A stretch of DNA of 63,341 nucleotides, filler included, from Octopus bimaculoides (Eukaryota), in the NCBI RefSeq assembly GCF_001194135.2. It is 5 parts of 5 records of this genome, joined end to end, with 100 filler letters (N's around TTAATTAATTAA, not from the genome) between each part and the next. Parts side by side here need not be neighbours in the genome. Positions count along the whole stretch, not along the records: positions 1 to 31,301 come from NC_068997.1; positions 31,402 to 40,449 come from NC_069002.1; 3 more parts are not named here. One strand, 5' to 3'. The notes below the pieces were generated by a model. It saw only the letters and a list, made by a program, of their open reading frames with translations, had not been told where the DNA came from and ran no database searches. The position numbers were made by a program, and so were the translations under genes. Of this stretch, positions 28,217 to 39,385 are shown in pieces. How positions within the stretch are numbered: position 1 is the stretch's first letter; every line of letters starts with the position of its first letter.

Positions 28217-28565
28217 GTCTATATCATTAACCCCAGTAATTGACTGGTAATTTGTTTTATGGTCCCGAAAGGGAAGAAAACAGAATTAACTTAGGCGTGA
28301 ATTGAAATACAAAGTGCTAGAATATAAAGTGCCAGAAGAAATACGCATGACCATTTTTTCCCCCCCGATGCTGCTCTTGGGCTTTGAAATCTTGATGGGG
28401 TCGTAAGAACACTGTTGTGACAAACGACGTGTCATTGACATTTTAAACCTGGTGACGCCCATTCTTTCTGCAGTTCTGATCACAGCCGATCGGTTAGAGA
28501 GGGAGGGAAAAAGATAGATAAAAAGAGAGTGAGAGAAAGGGAGAGAGAGAGNNNNNNNNNNNNNN

Positions 28566-28606
<41 letters not shown>

Positions 28607-28847
28607 AAGAGAACGAGAATAAGAATGGTCCCCAGTCGTGGTCCCAGAAAGAATGAAAGGTAACGTTAACCTCGTTGGGATTTGAACTCAGACTTGGATG
28701 TATACTGCAAATACACTGTCCAATGTTCAAATCTTATATATACGTGTGCATGCGTGTGCGTGTGAGTATTTGTGCGTGTATGTGTATGTGTGTGTAAGTG
28801 CGTGAGTATATGTATATGCGCACACACGTACACATACACTCACACAA

Positions 28848-28891
<44 letters not shown>

Positions 28892-30009
28892 NNNNNNNNN
28901 NNNNNNNNNNNNNNNNNNNNNNNNNNNNNNNNNNNNNNNNNNNNNNNNNNNNNNNNNNNNNNNNNNNNNNNNNNNNNNNNNNNNNNNNNNNNNNNNNNNN
29001 NNNNNNNNNNNNNNNNNNNNNNNNNNNNNNNNNNNNNNNNNNNNNNNNNNNNNNNNNNNNNNNNNNNNNNNNNNNNNNNNNNNNNNNNNNNNNNNNNNNN
29101 NNNNNNNNNNNNNNNNNNNNNNNNNNNNNNNNNNNNNNNNNNNNNNNNNNNNNNNNNNNNNNNNNNNNNNNNNNNNNNNNNNNNNNNNNNNNNNNNNNNN
29201 NNNNNNNNNNNNNNNNNNNNNNNNNNNNNNNNNNNNNNNNNNNNNNNNNNNNNNNNNNNNNNNNNNNNNNNNNNNNNNNNNNNNNNNNNNNNNNNNNNNN
29301 NNNNNNNNNNNNNNNNNNNNNNNNNNNNNNNNNNNNNNNNNNNNNNNNNNNNNNNNNNNNNNNNNNNNNNNNNNNNNNNNNNNNNNNNNNNNNNNNNNNN
29401 NNNNNNNNNNNNNNNNNNNNNNNNNNNNNNNNNNNNNNNNNNNNNNNNNNNNNNNNNNNNNNNNNNNNNNNNNNNNNNNNNNNNNNNNNNNNNNNNNNNN
29501 NNNNNNNNNNNNNNNNNNNNNNNNNNNNNNNNNNNNNNNNNNNNNNNNNNNNNNNNNNNNNNNNNNNNNNNNNNNNNNNNNNNNNNNNNNNNNNNNNNNN
29601 NNNNNNNNNNNNNNNNNNNNNNNNNNNNNNNNNNNNNNNNNNNNNNNNNNNNNNNNNNNNNNNNNNNNNNNNNNNNNNNNNNNNNNNNNNNNNNNNNNNN
29701 NNNNNNNNNNNNNNNNNNNNNNNNNNNNNNNNNNNNTCAAAAATTGTATACTTGTTTTGAATGTCATGTGTGTGTGTGTGTGTGTGTGGTGTGTGTTTTC
29801 ATTTGATATATTTCTAAGTCGGTCTGATTAACCATATCGGTAACAGTCTCTGTATGTGTGTGTCTATGTATGTATGTATGTATGGATGTATGTATGTATG
29901 TATGTATGTNNNNNNNNNNNNNNNNNNNNNNNNNNNNNNNNNNNNNNNNNNNNNNNNNNNNNNNNNNNNNNNNNNNNNNNNNNNNNNNNNNNNNNNNNNN
30001 NNNNNNNNN

Positions 30010-30172
30010 GCCATGCTGGAGCACCGCCTTTAGTCGAGCAGATAGACCCCAGGACTTATTCTTTGGAAGCCTAGTACTCATTCTATCGGTCTCTCATGAA
30101 GAACCGCTAAGTTACGGGGACGTAAACACACCAGCATCAGTTGTCAAGCGATGCTGGGGGACAAACATACAA

Positions 30173-30204
<32 letters not shown>

Positions 30205-30214
30205 NNNNNNNNNN

Positions 30215-30246
<32 letters not shown>

Positions 30247-30410
30247 GACGAGATTCTTTCAGTTTCCGTCTACCAAATCCACTCACAAGGCTTTGGTCAG
30301 CCCGAGGCTATAGTAGAAGACACTTGCCCAAGTTGCCACGCAGTGGGACTGAACCCGGAACCATGTGGTTTGTAAGCAAGCTACTTACCACACAGCCACT
30401 CCTACGCCTA
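30010..30410 (-). mobile_element. SINE family B (tRNA head, CORE-like domain, internal microsatellite, 3' module)
   Basis: Minus strand gtggctgtgtggtaagtagcttgc...gttcagtcccactgcgtggcaacttgggcaagtgtcttc (CORE-like) ... (TA)n(TG)n ... ctaaaggcggtgctccagcatgg. Confidence 0.85.
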
Positions 30411-30719
30411 CATAAATAAATACGCAAGTACGTATTGTAGAAGCAGTGCTGCTTATAATTTGACGTATGTATTGCTTTAGTTTTATCGTTTGTTGTTTTT
30501 TTCATCGCTGTATCCATGTTTTAATTTCGGTATTGTAATGGATGCTGTGATGATTGGTTTGTGGGGGGATTATATCTACGAGGAGTTGGCAAAACAGTAG
30601 TGGAGCGGAAACAGGCCAAATATAAGAAGAGGGAAAAAAAAAAGATGGTAAAATAAATGTGAGCTGCAAGAAACAATAACAGTGTCAGCTACAATAAAAC
30701 AAGAACAAGAACAGGAGCA

Positions 30720-30721
30720 GC

Positions 30722-30767
<46 letters not shown>

Positions 30768-31020
30768 GCAACGACAACAATAATATAAAGGTCAATTGCC
30801 GTAAGAAAAGAGACAGCTACAACGAGATGATGATGATGAATAAGATAATATAAATGTGTAGGGTAATGAAGCAATGGAGAAGGAAATATCCGACTCCCAC
30901 TTTAAAAAAAGGTAAATGTTTATAAAGGTAAATGTAATAGCTTGAAATAGTTTGAGACATCATCATCATCATCATCATCATCATCATTATCATTATCATC
31001 ATCATCATCATCATCATCAT

Positions 31021-31077
<57 letters not shown>

Positions 31078-31215
31078 CCCCACCACCGTCGTCGTCGTCG
31101 TACTCGTCGTCCTCGTCATCATCATCACCATCATCACCATCATCACCCCCACCACCACCCCAGCCCACCACCACCACCACCACCACCACCATCATCACCA
31201 TCCTCATCATCATCC

Positions 31216-31246
<31 letters not shown>

Positions 31247-31301
31247 CCCCACCACCGTCGTCGTCGTCGTACTCGTCGTCCTCGTCATCATCATCACCAT
31301 C
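30720..31301. repeat. Compound trinucleotide microsatellite (CAA)n, (CAT)n/(CAC)n/(CGT)n
   Basis: Directly visible. The block ccccaccaccgtcgtcgtcgtcgtactcgtcgtcctcgtcatc occurs twice (about 31078 and 31247). Confidence 0.9.
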
Positions 31302-31401
31302 NNNNNNNNNNNNNNNNNNNNNNNNNNNNNNNNNNNNNNNNNNNNTTAATTAATTAANNNNNNNNNNNNNNNNNNNNNNNNNNNNNNNNNNNNNNNNNNN
31401 N
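31302..31401. other. Artificial assembly spacer (44 N + TTAATTAATTAA + 44 N)
   Basis: Exactly 100 nt. The palindromic 12-mer puts a stop codon in all six frames. Identical structure at four places. Confidence 0.95.
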
Positions 31402-31844
31402 AATTAAAATAATAGTTTTAAAGTATTCTTGGAAAATAAGATAAAATTTCAAAAAAAAAAATCTTTGCATGTATGAGACATTTTTAAATATATTTAAATG
31501 TTATGTGGCTATCTTTGAGTTCTATTTGCTGACAAACGTGGGTGGGAAGCTCTCGTTACAAACAAAAAGGAACAAGAAAAAAATTGAGTTTTAAGAATTT
31601 TTTTTTTTTTTAATGAAAACAGAGATAACAATTTCCTGCATCATTTGATTAGCTATGTGAGTAATTACTGTTAATAATTAGCGTGTTTCAGCAACCCAAC
31701 TTGAAGGTCTTGGTGTCTCAACATGTTTCTTAGGAAAGTCTTCGATTGTTAAACTGACTTTGTATCTTTACTTTTTTAACTTTTTACCTTTCACTTGTTT
31801 CACTCATTAGACTGTGGCCATGCTGGGGCACTGCCTTCAAAAGA

Positions 31845-32275
31845 GAGAGAGAGAGGTAGAAGAGAGAGAGGTAGAAGTAGACAGAGAAATGTAAAGAGAG
31901 AGCGGTAGGAGAGAAGAGGGAGAGAGAAGTAGAGGGAGAGAGAAGTAGAGGGAGAGAGAAGTAGAGGAAGAGAGAAGTAGAGGGAGAGAGAAGTAGAGGG
32001 AGAGAGAAGTAGAGGAAGAGAGAAAGGTAGAGGGAGAGAAAGGTAGAGGGAGAGAAAGAGGATGAGTAAAGAGAGAAAGGTAAAGAGGAGGTAGAGGGAG
32101 AAAGACAGGTAAAGGGAGAAAGAGAAGTAGAAGTAGAGGAAGAGAGTGGGTAGTGAGAGGAATGGGAGAGAGATAGGTAGATGGGGACTATCAGGAAGGT
32201 ATAGACAGAGAGAGAGAGAGGAAAGAGATAGAGAAAGAAAGAGAGAGGAAAGAGATAGAGAAAGAGAGAGAGGTA
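31845..32275 (+). repeat. Polypurine (GA-rich) tract with 16-bp tandem unit agagggagagagaagt
   Basis: Directly visible. Confidence 0.85.
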
Positions 32276-32631
32276 CCACAAAAACAGCATCCATAACTTT
32301 ATCTTCGCCATTAATGACACAAACATGTTGCACGCTGCCTCGTTAGGTAATTTGCTTCAGCCATAAAACGAGACTGCAGCTTCTACAGGGAAATAAATAA
32401 ATCCAGGAGAGATGAAGGCAAAGAACATTCTCCCTGCAGTGGGGATCTTAACTGGTTAGGGAACCCTGCTGAACCACTGCCAATTTTCTGTTATCTAAGC
32501 ACAAAGCGAACAGAATGAGATGCAGCCATTCACAACAGCGGCTAACAAGCAGCAATTAGGACATCAGGAATTCTCAAATCAGCCAGCATGTCAAATATCT
32601 TCACCACACAGAAACCATCTCGTATTATTAT

Positions 32632-32970
32632 GTGGAGGCACAATGGCCCAGTGGTTAGGGCAGTGGACTCGCGGTCATAGGATTGCGGTTTCGATTCCCA
32701 GACCGGGCATTGTGAGTGTTTATGAGCGAAAACACGTAAAGGCTCCACGAGGCTCTGGCAGGGGATGGTGGCGAACCCTACTGTATTCTTTTACCACAAC
32801 TTTCACTCACTCTTTCTTCCTGTTTCTGTTGTGCCTGTATTTCAAAGGGCTAGCCTTGTCACACACTGTGTCACGCTGAATATACCCGAGAACTACATTA
32901 AGGGTACACATGTCTGTAGAGTGCTCAACCCCTTGCACGTTAATTTCACGAGCAGGCTGTTCCGTTGATT
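32632..32970 (+). mobile_element. SINE family C, near full length
   Basis: tRNA-like head ggaggcacaatggcccagtggttaggg...ttcgattcccagacc. Body collinear with 13350-13685. Confidence 0.85.
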
Positions 32971-33292
32971 AGAGAAGAATGGCCTTGACATTGGAATTGT
33001 AGATGCAGAGTTTTGATTTGAGGGAGATGTCTTTGGAGTATGCAATACATATATATATATATATATACATACAATTAAACCTTGGGAGAGGCATTATGCC
33101 GGTAATAAACACACGCACTGGTTCAGTCCTTTATTAATTTATATAGTTTTTTGTTAAATTATTTCATTGCACTCTTGCAATCTCTTCAGTAACTTGTCTC
33201 TCCACTNNNNNNNNNNNNNNNNNNNNNNNNNNNNNNNNNNNNNNNNNNNNNNNNNNNNNNNNNNNNNNNNNNNNNNNNNNNNNNNNNNNNNN

Positions 33293-33331
<39 letters not shown>

Positions 33332-34378
33332 CATATATAATACACACAATTGTCAAGGACTGCCCAAAGTGCTGACATGTCATTGTCAAGGGAATGGACC
33401 TGATGAAAAGTAACAGATGTCAAGAAACAGATCAGACATTGAAGCTGCAAAGATTGATTTGCACTTACTCATCCCCTGTCAACTTTTCCCCATGATAAAC
33501 ATCCCTGGCTCTTCTACACCACCCTTGGCCCGAACAGCCATCTCAGGCACTGGCACCCTTCAAACCCATCAGGATGAAGAGGCTCAACCATTCACCACAG
33601 ATTAACTGCTCAGATACAAGTTCACTTCACACCACTACTGTTAATATTACATGTATTATGCAAAAACACTCTGCATGCTGTGATAGTCAATAAAACAGAA
33701 ACTGAAATTTCAAATTTCATTCTTTCTGTGTAACCTGGCACCAAATGATACATGGACTTGTGCTGGTCTGTAGCTCAATGATTAGGGACCCTTGCCATAA
33801 AGCATTTTGTCTGACATTCCAACAACTCTGCCAATCCACCGTCAAATGGTAATTTCAATATTTCTTTGACTACCCGATATACATCCTATAAAACAATTTC
33901 ACTAAATGAAGCATCTCGACGATCGTAATCATTTGTTTGTCTCCTTCCACACATCACATGCAACTAAGTCAATATTAGCTCTCTCTCTCTCTCTCTCTCT
34001 CTTTCTTGCTGTCACACCTGATTATCTAGCATGGTTACATGCCCGATAAAGCTTTTAGAAATTTTATTTTACAGATTGGTAAATACATTTCCATCGCAGA
34101 ACTCAAAGGAACTTTGCTTCCCCACTTCACTCCTTAGAGACATTGACAATAGCTGCCATAAAGCACCAGAACATTTGCTTTGATGTTTCCCCAAATTAGC
34201 AGTAAATTCTTCTTCTGCAATAATGGTATATCTTTGTCAAGTAATGTTTTGCATATTCCTCACTTAGCGCCTCATTACACTGGTTCATGCCTGCTATTTA
34301 TCAGATAATCCTCACATCAATAACCAAAACGTTATTATTATTTTAACATTGATATTATAATTATAATCATCATCATCA

Positions 34379-34430
<52 letters not shown>

Positions 34431-34534
34431 TACTACTACTACTACTACTACTATTACTTTTAAAGGCAGTGAGCTGGCCAAATCATTGCAAAACAGGAAA
34501 AAAATGCCTTTGCAATAATTATCCTGGATTGTAA

Positions 34535-34743
34535 GGTAGTGAGCTGGCAGAATGGTTAGCACACCTGGCAAAATGTGTAGCGACATTTCATCCATCTTTA
34601 TGTCATGGGTTCAAATTCCATCAAGATCAACTTTGCCATTTTTTTTAATCCTTTCAGAGCCCGTAAAATAAGTACCAGTGAAACACTGAGGTTGATGTAA
34701 CCAGCTAGCCATGACCCAACAAATTTCAGGCCTTGTAGAAAGG
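34535..34743 (+). mobile_element. SINE family A, CpG-decayed, with ATT runs on both sides
   Basis: ggtagtgagctggcagaatggttagcacacctggcaaaatg... with CG dinucleotides mostly replaced by TG/CA. Confidence 0.8.
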
Positions 34744-34959
34744 ATTATTATTATTATTATTATTAAATCAAAATTAAAAGAAGAGTGCCATTTGTTATCT
34801 AGTGAACAATATTTCGACATCTCACGTGCCTTCAACTGGTTCAAAAAATAAATTATTATTACATAGCAGACTCAGCAAATTCATTGCAAGGAAGGAATAT
34901 TAGGTGTTTAAAATGATGAGGTGATTAATATAAATAATAAATGATAACTATTCCTTCCA

Positions 34960-35220
34960 ACCACAGGCACAAGGCATGCAATTTTTCAGTGGGAGGGCAC
35001 TAGTTGTTTTACACCAACCCCAATATTTAACTGGTACTTATTTTATTGACCCCAAAAAGGATGAAACGCAAAGTTGATCTCGGTGGAATATCTGAACTCA
35101 GAACATAAAGATGGATGGCTGTTGAGGCTATAATAGAAAACACTTGCCCAAGGTGCCATGCAGCAGGACTGAACCTGGAATCACGTAGTTGGGAAGCAAA
35201 CTTTTTATCATACAGCCATG
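34960..35220 (-). mobile_element. SINE A fragment joined to a SINE B 5' fragment
   Basis: actggtacttattttattgaccccaaaaggatgaaa...gaactcagaac, then aagacacttgcccaaggtgccatgcagc-like sequence. Confidence 0.65.
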
Positions 35221-36259
35221 ATGGAATATCATAATGATTATTATTACTATTATCAATGATTATTATCATTATCAGGATTGTTATTGGGATTATCATGGTC
35301 ACGGTGCCAATAAATATTTAATGAAAGACAAACAGGAAAACACAAATAAAACCGAGAGTTAAGGGACAAAAGCTTCTTCTTGTTTTCCTTTCCTTCACCC
35401 TTTTGTTTGTTTTTTTTTAAATATGATTATTTCCTTTCAAGAGAAGACATGTTGTTGCCTCTATGCTTATTATTGAACATATGTCAGACATATAAGGACC
35501 TGTCACTCTGTGTTGAATGTTGCTAAGAACTTCAGTGACAGCTAATGGGTTCTTGTCAGTAAAAATTACTGAAATTATCCGTCAAATCCACAATAGGATT
35601 AAAAAATGGTCATAGCAGCTTGAAAGAACATGTTTATTGTGTCTCATTATAAATTAATTATATTGAAAGAACAAACAAAAAACAAGAAAGAAACAATGAA
35701 AAAAAAGCTGGCCATACAGACTCCAAATCGTTTTTATATAATTGAATAAAGAAATTAAACACAAAAAAAATCTCTGTGTACAGTTTTTATAAAGCGAAAT
35801 AAATTGACAAATAAAAGTAAAAATATTATGCAATGCGAGTTAATGAGTGAAATTATTTATTAAAAATGATATTAATTTATTTGCATATTGTTAACTTTTA
35901 ATATATCATATTAAAAAAAATAATTAATTTTTTTCCCCCGTTGTGTGCACAATAATCTAGATTAATTTTGCAGATGTGTACTTTATACAAATAATAAAAA
36001 TTTTTGGCAGTAATATATATACTGTTTTAAAATTACAAACAATATCTCATCGTTAGTGTATTCATTATTTTACATAATTATACAAAGAATCATCAGTTAT
36101 TTGCTATAAACATGCATATATAATGTTTATATATATGTATATGTGTATATGTATGTATGAATATATATTTACGTGTATGTCTATGTGTACACACACATAT
36201 GTATGTATATATGTATCTGCATATCTATTTATCTATCTATTTATCAATCTCTCTCTTTC

Positions 36260-36323
<64 letters not shown>

Positions 36324-36613
36324 AATAATATATACACACATATACATATATTAATAGTTATCGTCAAGGTAACATATCCAGTACTGTTGCTGTAGTCTCC
36401 TTTAGAGAGATTTAGAAATATTAATATATATATGGCAAAAAAAAATGAAATAACTGAAATGAATACATAAATACATCAAACATTTGATATCCAAACAAAT
36501 TGCAGGAAAATAATTTGCCCCTGGGATACCTGCTAAACATCATTTATATAGAATTTTACAGTTATTTCAATTCATAAAATTAATTGTTTAATTGTTGACG
36601 AATCATAACTCAC

Positions 36614-36678
36614 CCTCCATTAGCATGACGAGCCCACCATTTCTCCCTTGAATCTCCATTCAGACCATCTACCTCGGG
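36614..36678 (-). CDS. unc-13: Next internal coding exon (65 nt) of the unc-13 gene
   Basis: Acceptor (t)n-acag|CCC and donor GG|gtgagt. Phase-0 start matches the previous exon. Encodes PEVDGLNGDSREKWWARHANG(G), equivalent to Munc13-1 [19 protein letters not shown], which directly follows the CaM helix. Confidence 0.75.
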
Positions 36679-37639
36679 CTGTAAAAAAAAAAAACAAAGA
36701 ATTAATAATTGTAATTTAAAAAGGAAAATGATTATAATTATTTAACTATTTTAATAAGCTTTCTCAGTGTGATTACACTGTGTAAAACAATTTTTGTCCT
36801 CGGGTAGCAACTGTTATTTCTTATTTGCTTACCCCTAACAATTATGAAAAATGGCAAATATTTCCTTCAAACTTTGAATTTGTTACATTTATTCAAACCC
36901 CAAAGTAAACAATCACGTCATTCAAAGTCTTGAAGCTATGAGACAATGCAAGCTTAATTCAAAACAATGTGTCTGTGTCTGTTTTGGCAAGGTTTTTACA
37001 GCTGGATGCGCTTTCAAATGCCAGCCACCCAAGAAAGGGAACTGAATGCTTTTTATGTAGCATCAGCACAATCAAGGTCAGTTTTGGCATGGTTCTTACA
37101 GCTGGATGCCCTTCCACATGCCAACCACTTCACAGTATGGACTGGATGCCCAAATATTTCACCTTATTTTATGTTCAAACTGGATATCATCATTGTTTAA
37201 TGTCCACCTTCCAATGCTGGCATGGGTTAGAGGGTTTGACAGGAGCTGGCCAGGTAGAAGACTACACCAGACTTCTGTGTCTGTTTTGGCATAGTTTTTT
37301 TGGCTGGATGCCCTTCCTAACACCAACCACCCCACAGAAAGGACTGAGTGCTTTTTACGTGGCACCAGCACAGGTGAGGTCAGTTTTGGTATGGTTTTTT
37401 TAACTGTATGCCTTTCCAAATGCCAGCACAGGTGTGGTCAGTTTTGGCATGGTTTTTTTATGCATTTGGATGCCCTTCCTAACACCAATCTCCCTACCTC
37501 CACCCAGAATGGGCCGAGTGCTTTATATGTGGCATCTTATGCAAGTAAATGACAGAAAAAAAGGGATAAAGAAGGATTAAAATAAATAATTAATAAAAAA
37601 GAAGCAATAAAACCCCCAAAACACAATACAAATACTTAC
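36679..37639 (-). other. 961-nt GT-AG intron between the two unc-13 exons
   Basis: Canonical gtaagt donor and poly-T/acag acceptor. The interior is mostly repeat-derived. Confidence 0.75.
36968..37535 (+). repeat. Array of about six degenerate copies of an interspersed motif (gttttggcatggttttt..gctggatgcccttcc..atgcca.cca)
   Basis: The motif recurs at about 36990, 37080, 37285, 37380 and 37440, and again at 38555-38765. ctggatgcccttcct resembles RTE-type retroposon 3' ends (recalled). Confidence 0.75.
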
Positions 37640-37832
37640 GTCTCCTAGCTGACTGCACACTTTTTGGATTGCATCGATCCAACGATTGCGAGCTGGTGAA
37701 GGCAGTTCTGTGCGTTTTTCTGTTTCTTTCTCTTCATAAGGTAAATCAGTTGGAGGAGGAGCAGCAGCATCACTGTAGTCTTGTGTACTCTGTCGGCTGA
37801 CATCTGCTGAAGAAATTCGGCTATTCACAGGA
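37640..37832 (-). CDS. unc-13: Internal coding exon (193 nt) of an unc-13/Munc13 family gene, containing the calmodulin-binding helix
   Basis: Acceptor ...cttacttttgcag|T and donor GAC|gtaagt. One base plus 64 open codons: PVNSRISSADVSRQSTQDYSDAAAPPPTDLPYEEKETEKRTELPSPARNRWIDAIQKVCSQLGD. The C-terminal ARNRWIDAIQKVCSQL matches the Munc13 1-5-8 CaM motif (Munc13-1 [16 protein letters not shown], recalled). It splices in frame to the next exon. Confidence 0.8.
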
Positions 37833-38288
37833 CTGCAAAAGTAAGAAGGCGAAAATTAAAAAGAGACATCGTAATACAAGACGGGACATTTTGCGGCCTT
37901 ATGTTTCGGAAGCAGTCATGGGCCAAACAGCAAACCGTGGGGCATCCCAAACTGCATCTTTGTGTCTTTTACTTGTTTCAGTCATTCAGCTGCAGCTATG
38001 CTGGGGCACCGCCTTGATGCCTAACAAATATTGATTTCAAATTTTGGCACAAGGTCAGCAATTTCAGGGGGTGGGGTGGGGGTGGGGGGACAAACAAATT
38101 TTGAAGAAAATGAGCCAGAACCAGAATTGATCACGAAATAGAAGGCACAGGGACCAGTTATTCCTGTGTGCACATGTAAAAGTAATGCAAAATTTCTTCT
38201 GATTTATCATCATCTTCATTGTTATTATTATCATTATTATTTTTCATTATTATTATCATTATCGTATTTTCCATTATCATTATTATTA

Positions 38289-38500
38289 GGGTGGTGAGGT
38301 GGCAGAATCGTTAGCACACCAGGCAAAATGCTTAGTGGCATTTCATCTGTCTTTACATCTTGAGTTCAAATTCTACCATGGTCAACTTTGCCTTTCATCC
38401 TTTTGGGGTCAATAAAATAAGTACCAGTTGACTGGAGTCAATGTAATTGACTGGTTCCCATCCCCTAAAATTTCAAGTCTTGAGCCTATAGTTGAAAGGG
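38289..38500 (+). mobile_element. SINE family A, full length, almost completely CpG-decayed
   Basis: Aligns end to end with the copies at 42844, 48100 and 55107. Differences are dominated by CG to TG/CA. Confidence 0.9.
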
Positions 38501-38554
38501 CTACAATTATCATTATCATTACTATCATTATCATTACTATTGTTATTATGATTC

Positions 38555-38765
38555 AAAGTCAGTTTTCCATGCTGGCATGGGTTAAATGGTTTCGTTGGAG
38601 CTAGCAAGCCAGGGAGCTGCACCAGGTCCCAACTGTCTGTCTTGGTATGGCTTCTATGACTGGACGTCCTTCCTAAACACCAACCACTTTACAGAGTGTA
38701 CTGGGTGCTTTATACATGGCACCAGTACAGGTGTTTTTAACATGGCACCAGCACATTTGTCAAAG
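38555..38765 (+). repeat. Single copy of the RTE-like gctggatgcccttcc repeat family
   Basis: ttttccatgctggcatgggtt...actggacgtccttcctaaacaccaaccactttacagagtgtactgggtgcttt matches 37200-37370. Confidence 0.7.
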
Positions 38766-39214
38766 TAAGGACATAAAAAAAAAACATTATTTCCCACCCC
38801 CCAGGGACTGTGATCCCTTGCGACGCCACTTGCCTTAGGTTAAACCATGTCAGTCTCAGTATCAACCAGCTACATCTCTTTATTGTTACCAACACAACAA
38901 AATATTCTCAGTTGTCAAATATCATTCTTATCTTTGGCAAATCTGTGATTTCTTTGTATTTTTTTTTTTTGCTTTTTATAATTAATTTCCCTTTTTTAAT
39001 TACATGTCATCTACTAAAAAACTCGTTGAAACCACCTTATCTTGGTCATTAAACTTGCACAGCCAATAAATTATGCACATTTCATTGCTTGTCAGATGTC
39101 CCAAAGCCTTCGCTCATTTTAATCATATTTTTGTTTTCTTAAAGAAAAAAACAAAGAAAAAATAATTTCATATTCATATTTTCCCTGGGAGCTTTGGTTC
39201 TATATTTTTTTTAT

Positions 39215-39385
39215 GGGCACAGGTATGATTGTGTAGTTAAGAAGTTTGTTTCCCAACCATGTGGTCGTAAGTTCAATCCCACTAAGCTCCACTGTAGGCT
39301 AGTGTCTTCTACTGTAGTCCCAGGCCAACCAATGCCTTGTGAGTGAATTTGATAGATGGAAACTGTGGAAGCCTATCGTACATAT
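39215..39385 (+). mobile_element. SINE family B 5' half, CpG-decayed
   Basis: cccaaccatgtgg..gttcaatccc...gtgtcttctactgtag...gccttgtgagtgaatttgatagatggaaactg. Confidence 0.7.

Noticed and set aside
30817-31353. Poly-His, poly-Met and poly-Asp ORFs
   Set aside because: Translations of a (CAT/CAC/CGT)n microsatellite that ends at an assembly linker. No splice or domain support.
31346-31357. TTAATTAATTAA as a biological motif (piggyBac TTAA or homeodomain site)
   Set aside because: Always centred in exactly 44+44 Ns. It is a synthetic six-frame-stop linker.
33417-33605. ORF MSRNRSDIEAAKIDL... and a nearby minus-strand gtaagt donor at about 33465 as the next unc-13 exon
   Set aside because: Minus-strand frames contain stops and no DSMPDI/IPLVS motif.
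37577-37639. C-terminal extension VSICIVFWGFYCFFFINYLF of the ORF-track protein, suggesting a membrane anchor
   Set aside because: It is read-through past the gtaagt donor into the intron.
37660-37700. WIDAIQKV as the terminal helix of a PH domain (AKT-like)
   Set aside because: The preceding 45 residues are low-complexity with no PH beta-strands, and the next exon matches the Munc13 continuation. Not formally excluded without a search.
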